64,000 bases of DNA from a bacterium (GCA_043771335.1 JAYVHM010000003.1:29268-93267), one strand, 5' to 3'. Positions 45,623 through 56,861 are shown, counted from the first letter of the stretch. Numbers and translations: made by a program. The notes: generated by a model from the letters alone, not told the origin.

Positions 45623-48600
45623 ATGTCACAGGCCAAAAATAATAAAAGTGCTAACATTTCTGTAGCACTTTTACCAAAAAAGACTTTCAAAAAATATAGA
45701 AAGCCACTTATAGATTTACCAAATCTTGTCGAGAATCAACTAGCTTCATACAGATCTTTAGTTGACAAAGAGATGCCTGAAATCTTCAAAGAGTTCAGTC
45801 CTATATCAGACTATTCTGCAAAGAAATTCGACCTTGAGTTCCTATCTTTTGATATAGGGGCTCCAAAATACGATGAAGTGTACGCAAAAGAAAACAAGCT
45901 TTCTTATGAAGCTCCTATGCGTGGAAAGATTAGGCTTACTAACAAAACTTTAAATACCAAAAAAGAACAAGAAATATTCTTGGCTGATTTCCCTGTAATG
46001 ACTGTGCATGGAACGTTTATCGTGAATGGTGTAGAGCGTGTAGTGGTGCCTCAGCTCGCTCGTTCATTTGGTGTGTTTTTTGATACAGAAGAAGTAAAAG
46101 GTAAAAGATATTTTATCGCAAAGGTTATACCAAGTCGTGGTTCATGGTCAGAAGTTCTGTCAGAACCAGAAGATAATATCAGTGTCAGAATAGACAAGAA
46201 AAGAAAGTTCGGAATGATAACTCTGTTACGTGCTTTTGGATTTTCTACAGATGAGGCAATATTAAAAGCTTTTTCAGAAGAGACAAGAGATTTTGTAAAA
46301 GCAATGATTGATCGTGAGCATGTAAAAACTGTGACTGAAGCTTATGTAGAAATCTACAAAAAACTTCGTGATGGTGATATGGCAACTCCTGAAAATGCAA
46401 AAGAGTATTTTGATGGACTTTTTTCAAAAGAGAGATATGACATTTCTCCCGTTGGTCGTTTTCGTTTTAATAAGAGATTCAATCTTCCAAATGATGCTAA
46501 GAATGCTTCAAAGAACTTAACTAAGGAGGATGTTGTAAAAATAGTAGAAGAGATAATTAGATTAAACAGAAATCCAGAAAGTAAAGCTGATGATATAGAC
46601 CATTTAGGCTCTAGACGTGTTCGTTTTGTGGGAGAGATGATGGCACAACAAGTTCGTAAGGGTATGTTACAAATGAAGAGAAATATACAAGACAAGATGT
46701 CTGTTATTGACATTGAAACTACTTTACCTATTACTGTTGTAAATCAACGCCCATTACAAGCTCGTATTAAGGAGTTCTTTACAGTAAATCAACTTTCACA
46801 ATTCATGGATCAGGAGAATCTTCTTTCTGAAATCGAGAACTTAAGAACTCTCTCAGCCTTAGGTCCCGGAGGTTTAACTCGTGAGCGTGCAGGTTTTGAA
46901 GTGCGTGACGTGCACACATCACATTATGGTCGTGTATGTCCTATTCAGACACCAGAAGGTCCAAATATTGGTCTTATTTTGAGACAGGCTAATTATGCTC
47001 GTATCAACGAGTTTGGTATTATCGAGACACCGTACGCCAAAGTTAAAAATGGTAAGATTACTACTGAAGTAGTATACATGAACGCTTTTGAAGAAGAGAG
47101 ACATGTTATAGCTCCTCTTTCTGTAAATTACGGAAAAGATATGAAGATAACCGGTGAGCGTATAGCTGCTAGAAAATATGCGCAACCAGCAATAGTGGGA
47201 ATAGATGAAATAGAGTTCGTAGAAGTTTCTACCAATCAAGCATACAGTATAGCAACATCTATGATTCCATTTTTAGAGCATAATGACGCCAACCGTGCGC
47301 TGATGGGTAGTAACATGCAGAGACAGGCTGTGCCACTAATGTGTCCAGATGCTCCACTAGTATCAACTGGCATGGAGGCAGAAGCTGCAAAGTTTTTAGG
47401 ACGTCTAGTGTACGCTAAAAATGAAGGAGAGGTAAAATACGTTGATGCTAAAAAAGTTATTATAAGAGTCGGAAAGAAAGATGAAGAGTATCCACTTATT
47501 ACTTTTTCAAAAACAAATGTATTTAACATGTTCCATCACAGACCAGTAGTTAATGTTGGCGATGTTGTAAAAGTTGGTGACCTATTAGCTGATGCGTCAA
47601 CATCAATAGATGGACAAATAGCTCTTGGTCAAAATGCTCTTGTTGCCTTCATGGCGTGGAATGGCAGTAACTATGAGGACGCTATTATACTCTCTGAGAG
47701 ATTAGTAAAAGACTCAAAGTTTTCATCTATACACATAGAAGAGTTCATATGTAATGTACGCGATACAAAGCTAGGTGCCGAAGTAACAACACATGACATA
47801 CCTAATGTAAGCGAGAATAAATTACGTAATCTTGATGAAGATGGAGTAATTAGAATCGGTGCTGAAGTATTGCCAGGTGATATATTGGTAGGTAAAATCA
47901 CACCAAAGGGTGAGACAGAGCTTTCACCAGAAGAAAGATTACTTAGAAGTATTTTTGGAGAAAAAGTTCGTGATGTAAAAGATTCATCATTAAGATTAGA
48001 TAATGGAAAACGTGGACGTATTATAGGTATCAAAATATTTAGTCGTGAGAGAGGTGATAATCTTGAGTCTGGTATCATAAAGAGAATACACATAGAAGTA
48101 GCACAAATCAGAAACATTACAGTAGGTGATAAGCTCGCTGGTCGCCACGGTAACAAAGGTGTTATCAGTCGCGTATTGCCAGTAGAGGAGATGCCATACA
48201 TGGCTGATGGTACACCGGTAGACATATTACTTACTCCACTTGGTATTCCTTCTCGTATGAATCTAGGGCAGATACTTGAAATGCATTTAGGTTATGCTGC
48301 TGACAAGCTTGGCTATCAAGCAGTGGTGCCAGCATTCCAAGGTGCGAGCGTAGAGGAGATACAAGAAGAATTAGTAAAAGCAGGAATGGATAAATCGGGA
48401 ACGACTACATTATTTGACGGTCGTACTGGTGAGGCTTTTGAAAATCCTATTGCAGTCGGACAAATGTACATGTTAAAACTCCATCACATGGTAGAAGATA
48501 AACTTCATCAACGCTCTATAGGTCCATACTCATTAATCACTCAGCAACCACTAGGAGGTAAGGCTCAGGGTGGAGGACAGAGATTTGGAGAGATGGAGGT

Positions 48601-48877
48601 CTGGGCACTCGAGGGTTACGGAGCTGCTCACACCCTGCGCGAGATGTTAACTGTAAAATCAGACGATATAGAAGGACGCTCTGCAACATATGATGCAATT
48701 ATAAAAGGCACAGAAATGGAAGAGCCAGGTACACCAGCATCATTTGTGGTGATGTTAAACAATCTTCGTGGTCTTGGTCTTGATGTTACTCCTATTAATA
48801 GTAAAGCCGGAGAAGAAGGAGAAGAGTTAATCGGAGATGGAATTATAAATGAGCAAGTAAGAGAAGATAGAAGATAA
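45623..48877 (+). CDS. rpoB: DNA-directed RNA polymerase subunit beta
   Basis: 1084 aa with conserved blocks GRHGNKGVISRVLP, NMQRQAVPL, PSRMNLGQ. Confidence 0.95.
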   Translation: MSQAKNNKSANISVALLPKKTFKKYRKPLIDLPNLVENQLASYRSLVDKEMPEIFKEFSPISDYSAKKFDLEFLSFDIGAPKYDEVYAKENKLSYEAPMRGKIRLTNKTLNTKKEQEIFLADFPVMTVHGTFIVNGVERVVVPQLARSFGVFFDTEEVKGKRYFIAKVIPSRGSWSEVLSEPEDNISVRIDKKRKFGMITLLRAFGFSTDEAILKAFSEETRDFVKAMIDREHVKTVTEAYVEIYKKLRDGDMATPENAKEYFDGLFSKERYDISPVGRFRFNKRFNLPNDAKNASKNLTKEDVVKIVEEIIRLNRNPESKADDIDHLGSRRVRFVGEMMAQQVRKGMLQMKRNIQDKMSVIDIETTLPITVVNQRPLQARIKEFFTVNQLSQFMDQENLLSEIENLRTLSALGPGGLTRERAGFEVRDVHTSHYGRVCPIQTPEGPNIGLILRQANYARINEFGIIETPYAKVKNGKITTEVVYMNAFEEERHVIAPLSVNYGKDMKITGERIAARKYAQPAIVGIDEIEFVEVSTNQAYSIATSMIPFLEHNDANRALMGSNMQRQAVPLMCPDAPLVSTGMEAEAAKFLGRLVYAKNEGEVKYVDAKKVIIRVGKKDEEYPLITFSKTNVFNMFHHRPVVNVGDVVKVGDLLADASTSIDGQIALGQNALVAFMAWNGSNYEDAIILSERLVKDSKFSSIHIEEFICNVRDTKLGAEVTTHDIPNVSENKLRNLDEDGVIRIGAEVLPGDILVGKITPKGETELSPEERLLRSIFGEKVRDVKDSSLRLDNGKRGRIIGIKIFSRERGDNLESGIIKRIHIEVAQIRNITVGDKLAGRHGNKGVISRVLPVEEMPYMADGTPVDILLTPLGIPSRMNLGQILEMHLGYAADKLGYQAVVPAFQGASVEEIQEELVKAGMDKSGTTTLFDGRTGEAFENPIAVGQMYMLKLHHMVEDKLHQRSIGPYSLITQQPLGGKAQGGGQRFGEMEVWALEGYGAAHTLREMLTVKSDDIEGRSATYDAIIKGTEMEEPGTPASFVVMLNNLRGLGLDVTPINSKAGEEGEELIGDGIINEQVREDRR

Positions 48878-48926
48878 ATTATAAACTCAGATCCTTTAAA
48901 GCTCTAAAAACAAAAACATAAAAAAT

Positions 48927-51900
48927 ATGAAAACAATAGATACAAAAAATTTCGATTCTCTCTCAATAAAAATCGCTTCTCCAGAAGCTATTAGATCTTG
49001 GAGTTTTGGTGAAGTAACAAAGCCAGAAACTATAAATTATAGAACAGGACGCAGTGAACGTTATGGACTTTTTGATGAGAAAATCTTTGGTCCAGAAAAG
49101 GACTATGAATGTTATTGCGGTAAATACCGTCGTATTCGTTATAAAGGTATTATCTGTGAAAAATGTGGAGTAGAAGTATGTAAAAGTATAGTTCGTCGTG
49201 AGCGTATGGGTCACATTGAACTTGCTGTTCCTGTGTCACATATATGGTTCCTTCGTAATGTACCATCACGTATCGCTATGATACTCGGTTCAACTCTTTC
49301 TGATGTAGAAAAAGTTGTATACTTTGCAGGTTACATTATTACTCATGTTAATCAAGAGGAAAAGAAAAATGTAATTAGTAGTTTAGAATCAGAGTTCAAA
49401 TCAAAAATAAAATCAGCACAAGACGATAAGACAAAAGACAGACTGAATGAATTAATGAAAGAAGCAAAAGACGAGATAGACAATATCAAGCCTTGGAAAA
49501 TCCTAGATGAGATGGTGTATCACAGATATGCTATGAAGTATGGATCATGTTTTGATGCAAAGATAGGTGCTGAGGCAGTGCATGAAGTATTTTCAAAAAT
49601 AGACCTTGCGGTATTAGAAGCTGAGCTAGTGGAAAGACTGGCAAATAGTGGAGCTACAGAGCGTGAGAAATTAGAAAAGAGATTGTCACTAGTAAAAGCT
49701 TTTCGTAATGCAGGAATCAGACCAGAGTGGATGTTCATCAAGGCATTGCCTGTAACTCCTCCTGGCATTAGACCTATGGTTGCGCTTGAAGGTGGACGCC
49801 ACGCAACGTCTGACGTTAATGATTTATACAGAAGGGTCATCAACAGAAACACTCGTCTTAAAAAATTAATGGAAATAGATGCGCCAGATGTTATTCTTAG
49901 AAATGAAAAACGTATATTACAAGAGGCTATAGATGCATTGATTGATAACAGTGCTCGCCATGGTGATGCTGCTGTTGCCTTAACAGGACAAAAGAGAGTT
50001 TTAAAATCACTTTCTGACTCACTAAAAGGAAAGTCAGGACTTCTTCGTGGTAACCTTTTGGGTAAACGTGTTGATTATTCTGCTCGTTCGGTTATTGTGG
50101 TTGGTCCAGAGCTAACTCTTGAGGAGTGTGGACTTCCAAAGTTCATGGCCCTTGAATTATTCAAGCCATTCGTAATTTCAAAATTAATAGCTAGAGAGTT
50201 TACTTATAATATTCGTGGAGCAAACAAATTAATAGAAGATAGTATACCAGAAGTGTGGGCAATATTAGAAGAGGTGATACAAGATAAGTATGTATTACTC
50301 AACCGTGCGCCAACACTACACAGATTAGGTATACAAGCTTTTAAGCCAAGACTAATAGAGGGACGTGCCATACAACTTCATCCACTTGTGTGTGAGGCAT
50401 TCAACGCTGATTTTGACGGAGACCAGATGGCAGTACATTTACCGCTTTCTCCTCTCGCTCAAAAGGAGGCTCGTGAATTGATGGCGGCGCACAGAAACTT
50501 ATTAAAACCAGGATCAGGACAACCAATTGTAAATCCTCGTATGGATATGGTTCTAGGTATGTACTGGATGACTAAGATGGTAGCAGGTGAAAAAGGTGAA
50601 GGTAAATTCTTTGCTAGTGCTAATGAGGCTATTACTGCGCGTGATTTTGATGCTGTATCACTTCGTGCCAGCATAAAAATAATGCCAAGTGACAAGGAGA
50701 AATATGTAGCCTTTGAAGGAAAAATATTTGACACTACAGTAGGTAGACTATTATTCAACTCTATATTCCCAGCAAGTTACCCATACATCAATGAAGTTGT
50801 TGATAAGAAGAAAATCAACACTATCATGGAGGATATATTTGCAAAATATGGTGTAGAAGAAGCTCCAAAGATAATCGACAAGATGAAAGCTTTTGGATTC
50901 AAGTACGCTGGAGTATCAGGAACAACTTGGAACTTAACAGCTGTTGAGGTGCCAGTAGAAAAAGATGCTTTGATACAAAAAGGATGGGATAAAGTAAGTC
51001 AAATCAATGATGACTTTAACGAAGGTCTACTTTCTAACGATGAGAGATATGGTAAAACTATAGATAATTGGCAAGTAATTAGAAAGGAGATTGAGGTTGT
51101 CTTACAAAAAGATTTGGATACTAACAAATCTTCTTCGGTTAATGACCTTATAACTTCTGGTGCTCGTGGATCAATGTCACAGTTAATTCAGTTAGCGGGT
51201 ATGAAGGGTATAATCGTGAATAATTCAGGAGGTCAATCAGACTTCCCAGTTATCGCCTCTAACATTGAGGGCTTGTCTCCAGTTGAATACTTTATTACAA
51301 CTTACGGTGCTCGTAAAGGTAACTCGGACACGGCACTTAAAACTGCTCAGGCAGGATACCTTACTCGTCGTCTAGTTGACGTAGCCCAAGATGCTATTAT
51401 TACTGAGGATGATTGTAAGACTGAAAACTTTAAAACATTCAGAAGACAAAATGTTCTAGGTCAAAATGCTTCTATATCAAAAGGTGTGAGAGGTAGAATC
51501 TTAGCAAAAGATGTAACTTGTGGTGACGTGTCTTATAAAAAAGGACAGTTAATAACAACAAAAGAAGGAGAGCAGATGGAAGCTTCAAGTATCACAGAAG
51601 TATCTGTATTCACCCCTATGTACTGTAATTCTGTGCACGGTGTATGTAAAAAATGTTATGGACTAGACATGGGCCGTAACAACATGGTGAAGATGGGTGA
51701 GGCAGTAGGTATCGTCGCAGCGCAGGCTATCGGTGAGCCAGGAACTCAGCTAACTATGCGTACATTCCACTCTGGAGGTGTGGCAGGTACTGACATCACT
51801 CAGGGTCTCCCTCGTATCGATGAGATCTTTGAGAGAAGAGCTCCAAAATCACCAGCGAATATCGCACATGAAAATGGAGAAGTTTTTGATGTTAGAAATG

Positions 51901-52514
51901 AAAATGGAGAGAAGACTATTGTAATCCTAATGGACGAGAATGAATCTAAGGGTAATAAAAAAGGTAAGATGGTAGAATATACAGTATTGCCTCGTCGTTC
52001 TGTTTTAGTTAAAAAAGGAGACAAGATTGTGAAGGGTCAGATCATGACTGACGGATCGTGTGATATTGAGGAGGTGTTTAAAAATGCTGGACGTGAAGCT
52101 GCTGAGGATTATGTAGTATCAGAAATCTTAAAAGTGTATGAGCTCCAAGGTGCGGCTATTTCTAGAAAGCATATTGAGATCATCATCAAGCAAATGATGG
52201 GACGTGTTAAAATCACAAAGGGTGGCTCAACAAGATTCTCTCAAGGAGATACGGTTGAGATATCAACTCTTCGTAATGAGAACACTATCGCTCTTGATAA
52301 TGCAGGCACAGCAGCCGAGTATAACAGTGTGATGATGGGTATATCAGACGTAGCCTTAACGACTACATCATGGTTATCATCTGCATCATTCCAAAACACT
52401 ACTCGCGTGCTTATCGCAGCGTCTACTCGTGGACAGATAGATAATCTGATGGGATTAAAAGAAAATGTAATCATTGGTAAGTTAATACCAGCTGGTACAG
52501 GAAAAGTTTCTTAA
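48927..52514 (+). CDS. rpoC: DNA-directed RNA polymerase subunit beta'
   Basis: 1195 aa. Zinc finger CYCGKYRRIRYKGIICEKCGVEV, NADFDGDQMAVHLP catalytic motif. Confidence 0.95.
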   Translation: MKTIDTKNFDSLSIKIASPEAIRSWSFGEVTKPETINYRTGRSERYGLFDEKIFGPEKDYECYCGKYRRIRYKGIICEKCGVEVCKSIVRRERMGHIELAVPVSHIWFLRNVPSRIAMILGSTLSDVEKVVYFAGYIITHVNQEEKKNVISSLESEFKSKIKSAQDDKTKDRLNELMKEAKDEIDNIKPWKILDEMVYHRYAMKYGSCFDAKIGAEAVHEVFSKIDLAVLEAELVERLANSGATEREKLEKRLSLVKAFRNAGIRPEWMFIKALPVTPPGIRPMVALEGGRHATSDVNDLYRRVINRNTRLKKLMEIDAPDVILRNEKRILQEAIDALIDNSARHGDAAVALTGQKRVLKSLSDSLKGKSGLLRGNLLGKRVDYSARSVIVVGPELTLEECGLPKFMALELFKPFVISKLIAREFTYNIRGANKLIEDSIPEVWAILEEVIQDKYVLLNRAPTLHRLGIQAFKPRLIEGRAIQLHPLVCEAFNADFDGDQMAVHLPLSPLAQKEARELMAAHRNLLKPGSGQPIVNPRMDMVLGMYWMTKMVAGEKGEGKFFASANEAITARDFDAVSLRASIKIMPSDKEKYVAFEGKIFDTTVGRLLFNSIFPASYPYINEVVDKKKINTIMEDIFAKYGVEEAPKIIDKMKAFGFKYAGVSGTTWNLTAVEVPVEKDALIQKGWDKVSQINDDFNEGLLSNDERYGKTIDNWQVIRKEIEVVLQKDLDTNKSSSVNDLITSGARGSMSQLIQLAGMKGIIVNNSGGQSDFPVIASNIEGLSPVEYFITTYGARKGNSDTALKTAQAGYLTRRLVDVAQDAIITEDDCKTENFKTFRRQNVLGQNASISKGVRGRILAKDVTCGDVSYKKGQLITTKEGEQMEASSITEVSVFTPMYCNSVHGVCKKCYGLDMGRNNMVKMGEAVGIVAAQAIGEPGTQLTMRTFHSGGVAGTDITQGLPRIDEIFERRAPKSPANIAHENGEVFDVRNENGEKTIVILMDENESKGNKKGKMVEYTVLPRRSVLVKKGDKIVKGQIMTDGSCDIEEVFKNAGREAAEDYVVSEILKVYELQGAAISRKHIEIIIKQMMGRVKITKGGSTRFSQGDTVEISTLRNENTIALDNAGTAAEYNSVMMGISDVALTTTSWLSSASFQNTTRVLIAASTRGQIDNLMGLKENVIIGKLIPAGTGKVS

Positions 52515-52536
52515 TTATTTCTCTTAAAAAGTTAAT

Positions 52537-52586
52537 AAAAAACGAAAACAAATAACAAAAAACACTTTATTTATAAAGTGTTTTTT
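52537..52586. terminator. 50-nt perfect palindrome (23-bp arms, ttta loop) plus T-run after rpoC
   Basis: aacaaataacaaaaaacacttta / taaagtgttttttgttatttgtt exact inverted repeat. Runs into TGTTATAAT for dnaG. Confidence 0.6.
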
Positions 52587-52630
52587 GTTATTTGTTATTA
52601 TGTTATAATATAAAGAAGGGATAGATTTTT

Positions 52631-54262
52631 ATGGACAATATACAAGAAATAAAATCAAAAATAAGTATACTCGAAGTTGTGAGTGGTTATGTTCGTGTTG
52701 AAAAGTCTGGTAGTCAATACAAAGCTAGATGTCCATTCCATAATGAAAAGACACCGAGTTTTTATGTCTCACCCGCTCGCTCGTCATATCATTGTTTTGG
52801 TTGTGGTGAGAGTGGTGACATATTCAAATTCGTAGAAAAGATGGAAAGCTTAGAATTCAAAGACGCTCTAAAAATACTAGCCGACAGGGCAGGAGTGACA
52901 TTAAGTAAAATGAGAAAAGAAGATGACAGTAGAATGCTATCACTTATGGAATCAGCAAGGCAGTTTTTTGAAATCAGCTTAACAGAAAGCATAGAAGCTA
53001 AAAAGTATTTACACGGCCGAGGATTAACAGATGAAAGCATTAACACTTTTAAAATAGGTTATACCAAAAAGGATTGGCGATTACTTTTTGTGAACCTTAT
53101 GATGTTAGGTTTTACGGATGATGAATGTGTCGAGAGTGGTCTCATAATCAAAACTGATGATAATAAATACTACGATAGATTTAGGGGTCGTATCATGTTT
53201 CCGATTAGGAATATTTCAGGTGCTACTGTCGGGTTCACTGGTCGCATTATGCCTGAGTATGATGATGGGAAAAGTGGTAAGTACGTGAATACTCCCGAGA
53301 CAAAGCTGTATCACAAATCTAAAATACTTTTCAATTATGATTACGCCAGAAAGTATATTGCAGACACGAGGGAGGTGATACTTGTCGAGGGGCAGATGGA
53401 TGTGATTATGAGTAATCAAGCTGGCATTAAAAATGTTATCGCTGTGAGCGGTACGGCATTTACTGAGGAGCAGGTAAATATTATAAAAAGATTAGCTGAT
53501 AATGTAGTGCTTGCTTTTGATAATGACTCAGCAGGTAAGAAAGCATCTGAGAGAGCAGCCATCATGTGCGCATATGGTGGACTAGTAATTATGACTGTAG
53601 ACATAAAAGAAAAAGACATAGCTGACATGGTGCAAAATGATACAAATGAATGGAAAAAGGTCTATGAGAAAAAGACACCATACATAGAGTTTTTAGCTAA
53701 AAACTTTTTAGACTTAAAAGAAGAAAGAGAAAAGATAAATTATACAAAAGAAAAAGTGGTTACATATTTAAAGGCCATATCTTCACCCCTTGAGCGTGAC
53801 TTTGCTATTACTAATTTTTGTAGAATAACTGGGATTAGTAATGAGGCTATAAAAAGTGAAGTAGACAAAAACTTACAAATAGATAACTTTAAGAATGTTA
53901 ATCCTGAAAATGTTAATGTTGTAAATGCTGAATATGGTGACGGTGTTGAAGTTAAAATAAAAGTTAGTAAAAAAGAAAAAGTAATATTAGACTTGTTTGT
54001 ACTTAAAAAAGAATTAGACATAACACCCGAAAATATAAGTGAAGAAATATTAAATCAAGACATTCCAGATGATATAATAATAAAGAGATTACATGAATTA
54101 GAGCGAGAACACTTACTGACTTTGGATTATTACAATGATTTGAAAAAAGAATATGAAAAAGTAGTTTATGATGAGGAACACAGAAAAATAATAGAGAAGA
54201 TAAACATGGGAGACGCTAATGCATTGCAAGAGTTACAGAACCTTGTAAAGAAAAAGAAATAA
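52631..54262 (+). CDS. dnaG: DNA primase
   Basis: Zinc-binding CPFHNEKTPSFYV...CFGCGESGD, TOPRIM region EGQMDVIM...DND. Confidence 0.9.
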   Translation: MDNIQEIKSKISILEVVSGYVRVEKSGSQYKARCPFHNEKTPSFYVSPARSSYHCFGCGESGDIFKFVEKMESLEFKDALKILADRAGVTLSKMRKEDDSRMLSLMESARQFFEISLTESIEAKKYLHGRGLTDESINTFKIGYTKKDWRLLFVNLMMLGFTDDECVESGLIIKTDDNKYYDRFRGRIMFPIRNISGATVGFTGRIMPEYDDGKSGKYVNTPETKLYHKSKILFNYDYARKYIADTREVILVEGQMDVIMSNQAGIKNVIAVSGTAFTEEQVNIIKRLADNVVLAFDNDSAGKKASERAAIMCAYGGLVIMTVDIKEKDIADMVQNDTNEWKKVYEKKTPYIEFLAKNFLDLKEEREKINYTKEKVVTYLKAISSPLERDFAITNFCRITGISNEAIKSEVDKNLQIDNFKNVNPENVNVVNAEYGDGVEVKIKVSKKEKVILDLFVLKKELDITPENISEEILNQDIPDDIIIKRLHELEREHLLTLDYYNDLKKEYEKVVYDEEHRKIIEKINMGDANALQELQNLVKKKK

Positions 54263-54271
54263 TGTTACTAT
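54243..54271 (+). promoter_or_regulatory. Promoter TTGTAA-N17-(TGt)TACTAT inside the dnaG 3' end, driving an SD-led small membrane gene
   Basis: Same architecture as the 30833 and 32527 promoters. 45-nt leader with AAGGAG at 54312-54317. Confidence 0.35.
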
Positions 54272-54324
54272 GATGTTTCGACGTTCTTTCTTTTAATTTT
54301 AATTTCAAATCAAGGAGTATCATT

Positions 54325-54651
54325 ATGAGTTTCCCACACAAGACATCTTTGATTGTTTGTATCTTGATGGCAACCATCTCTGCTTTTATAGCTTCACTTG
54401 GAGTGAAGAGTTGGATGTTCCTCATTCCTTATTTGATATTGTCTTATGTGGCAGTGCAGACAGTGAGTGATTTATTTTTTGGCACTAGTTATATACCAAA
54501 ACTAGTCTGGGTCATCTTATTTGGACTGTCTTATGCCGTCTCTTGGGACCATGGATACTCAAAGATGGCCTTTGCTACTGGCTGTGTATTTCTCTTTGCT
54601 GATGTTGTTTATCAGGTGTATAAAAAAGTAATAAAGCCAAGATTTGGATAA
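54325..54651 (+). CDS. Small hypothetical membrane protein (3 TM) between dnaG and rpoD
   Basis: 108 aa. SD CAAGGAGTATCATTATG resembles the SD context of cluster genes B and D. Confidence 0.45.
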   Translation: MSFPHKTSLIVCILMATISAFIASLGVKSWMFLIPYLILSYVAVQTVSDLFFGTSYIPKLVWVILFGLSYAVSWDHGYSKMAFATGCVFLFADVVYQVYKKVIKPRFG

Positions 54652-54737
54652 TTTTTTCAAAAGTGTAATATGTGTATAATGTGTATTGCACTTTTTTTAT
54701 TTGCTAAAAAATATTAATAATGTTATTATATCAGTCT

Positions 54738-56213
54738 ATGGCGGCAAAAAAAGTAGTTAGTAAAACAGTTTCTAAAAAAGCTGTTAAAAATCTTTCAAAA
54801 AAATCAGTACAATCAAATAAAAAAACCACTGCATCAAAAAATGCAAAGACAAAAATTTTAAATAATAAGACAGTTAAAAAAACTTCTACAAAAAAATCAG
54901 TAGAAAAAAAACCAGCCAAAAAAGTAATTTCTAAAAAAGTTTTAAAAGAAAAAGTAAATAAAAGCAAAACTAACAAAACCAATAAAGTTGTTAGTAAAAA
55001 AGTTGCGCCCAAAAAAGCTGTAAAAGCAGTTAAAAAAGTTTCACCTAAAAAAGCTATAAAAGAGAAAGCTGTTAAAAATAAAACATCTAAAACTGTAATC
55101 AAAAAACCTTCTACAAAAAAAACAAAAGAAGAATTAGTAGAGCATAGAAAAAAAAGTGCGCATGAGCATGCTTATAATGAGCTTTTTACCAAGGGGCGTG
55201 AGAGAGGGTTCATAACTTATGACGAGCTAATTAAGTCTTTTCCAAACATAGAGCAACATTTAGAACTTCTAGAAGAAATATATGAAAAGTTCGCAGAAGC
55301 AAGGATAGACATATTAGAAAGTGGAAATATTTTAGATCTAGATAACAGCGATGTAAGTAAAATGGTAAAAGAGAATGACGGTGGTGATAGTATACAGATA
55401 TACTTAAAAGAAATAGGTCGTTACCCACTTATAGATAGTGAAGAAGAGATGATGCTCGCTAAGAAAATCTTAGAAGGAGATGCTGAAGCTAAAAATATTT
55501 TAGCAAAGTCTAATCTCCGTCTGGTGGTTTCTATAGCCAAAAAGTATACAGGTAGATCAGCTGATTTGTCACTGCTAGACTTAGTACAAGAGGGTAATAT
55601 TGGACTCTTTAAGGCTGTAGAAAAGTTCGACTTTACAAAAGGTTTCAAGTTCTCGACATATGCCACATGGTGGATAAGACAGGCCATCACTCGCGCTCTC
55701 GCAGATCAGTCACGCACTATCCGTATACCGGTGCATATGGTGGAGACTATCGCTAAGTATAAGCAGGTATTTAGAAGATTATCTCAGGACCTCGGTCGTG
55801 AGCCATTATCAGAAGAGATAGCAGTAGAGATGGATCTCGATATTGAAAAAGTTCACATGATAGAAAGCATAAATCAAGATACTGTCTCATTAGAAAAACC
55901 GATAGGTGATGATGATGATAAGTCTACTCTTGGTGAGTTCGTAGCTGATGATAAGATACTTTCCCCAGATCAAGAATCGTCGAGAAGAATCTTAAGAGAT
56001 CAAATAGAAGAGATACTTGCAGCTCTCTCAGACAAGGAGCGTGAGATAGTCGAGATGCGTAATGGTCTCGGTCCTCATGATGGATATCAGCATACATTAG
56101 AAGAGGTAGGGGCGAGATTCGGAGTTACTCGTGAGCGTATCAGACAGATTGAAGCAAAGGTCCATGAAAAAATCCGCAATCATCCAAAAGCAGATAGGCT
56201 AAGAAATTTTTAA
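54738..56213 (+). CDS. rpoD: RNA polymerase sigma-70 factor RpoD with about 140-aa lysine-rich histone-H1-like N-terminal extension
   Basis: Regions 2-4: [63 protein letters not shown]-terminus of KKxxSKK / [10 protein letters not shown] repeats. Likely leaderless start at 54738 (MAAKK) after TTGCTA-N17-TATTAT. Confidence 0.9.
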   Translation: MAAKKVVSKTVSKKAVKNLSKKSVQSNKKTTASKNAKTKILNNKTVKKTSTKKSVEKKPAKKVISKKVLKEKVNKSKTNKTNKVVSKKVAPKKAVKAVKKVSPKKAIKEKAVKNKTSKTVIKKPSTKKTKEELVEHRKKSAHEHAYNELFTKGRERGFITYDELIKSFPNIEQHLELLEEIYEKFAEARIDILESGNILDLDNSDVSKMVKENDGGDSIQIYLKEIGRYPLIDSEEEMMLAKKILEGDAEAKNILAKSNLRLVVSIAKKYTGRSADLSLLDLVQEGNIGLFKAVEKFDFTKGFKFSTYATWWIRQAITRALADQSRTIRIPVHMVETIAKYKQVFRRLSQDLGREPLSEEIAVEMDLDIEKVHMIESINQDTVSLEKPIGDDDDKSTLGEFVADDKILSPDQESSRRILRDQIEEILAALSDKEREIVEMRNGLGPHDGYQHTLEEVGARFGVTRERIRQIEAKVHEKIRNHPKADRLRNF

Positions 56214-56253
56214 TATTTAAAAAATAATTAGAAAAATAAAATTAAATAGTAAA

Positions 56254-56288
56254 AAAGCCATGAACATAGTTCATGGCTTTTGTTTTAA
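56254..56288. terminator. Bidirectional terminator
   Basis: aaagccatgaacatagttcatggcttt plus T-run between convergent genes. Confidence 0.65.
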
Positions 56289-56300
56289 TAATATTTTTTA

Positions 56301-56861
56301 TCAAAGTGTGCAAATATAGGTTATTACTTTATAGCTTCCTATTTCTTCAGAACCCCACCAATGTTTTTTAGCTATGGGTCCAGTTATATATTCTCTATAA
56401 TTTATTTCAGCTTTTGCTTCTGATGCTCCACGATATGCTAAGTATCCAAAAACTGCAGCATTTTTAGAAGAATCTTTTATGCATGTATACAGAGTCTTTT
56501 GATTTGGTACTGTTACGACATCTCCTACTTTAAATTTCCTCGTCTCATTTTCTATTAACTTTGTACTATCCTTGTTATCTTCATGCTTAGAGCAAGAGAA
56601 AGGGAACACTAAAAATAGTATAGTCGCAACACTAAATAAGATTATCTTAAGAGGTATCAAGCTGACCCACTTCATAGTGTGGCCATTATTGTCTCCATTA
56701 GGACTTTTTTTATAAGTTATTTTATGGTATGAGTTTTCTATTTTTAAGAATGCTATAAAACAAATAGTCATGAGGATAAAGCATAGAGCGAATAGATTGT
56801 GATATTTATATCCAAAAAACTCGAACAGGTATTCATTTATACCGTAAAGAAATTCTAACAT
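56301..56861 (-). CDS. Hypothetical membrane protein
   Basis: 186 aa, 3 TM helices then a soluble C-terminal domain. Confidence 0.4.
   Translation of the reverse strand: MLEFLYGINEYLFEFFGYKYHNLFALCFILMTICFIAFLKIENSYHKITYKKSPNGDNNGHTMKWVSLIPLKIILFSVATILFLVFPFSCSKHEDNKDSTKLIENETRKFKVGDVVTVPNQKTLYTCIKDSSKNAAVFGYLAYRGASEAKAEINYREYITGPIAKKHWWGSEEIGSYKVITYICTL

Noticed and set aside
54770-55130. A-rich low-complexity DNA that could be taken for an intergenic repeat or mobile-element remnant
   Set aside because: It is in-frame with the conserved sigma-70 domains and encodes the Lys-rich N-terminal tail of RpoD.
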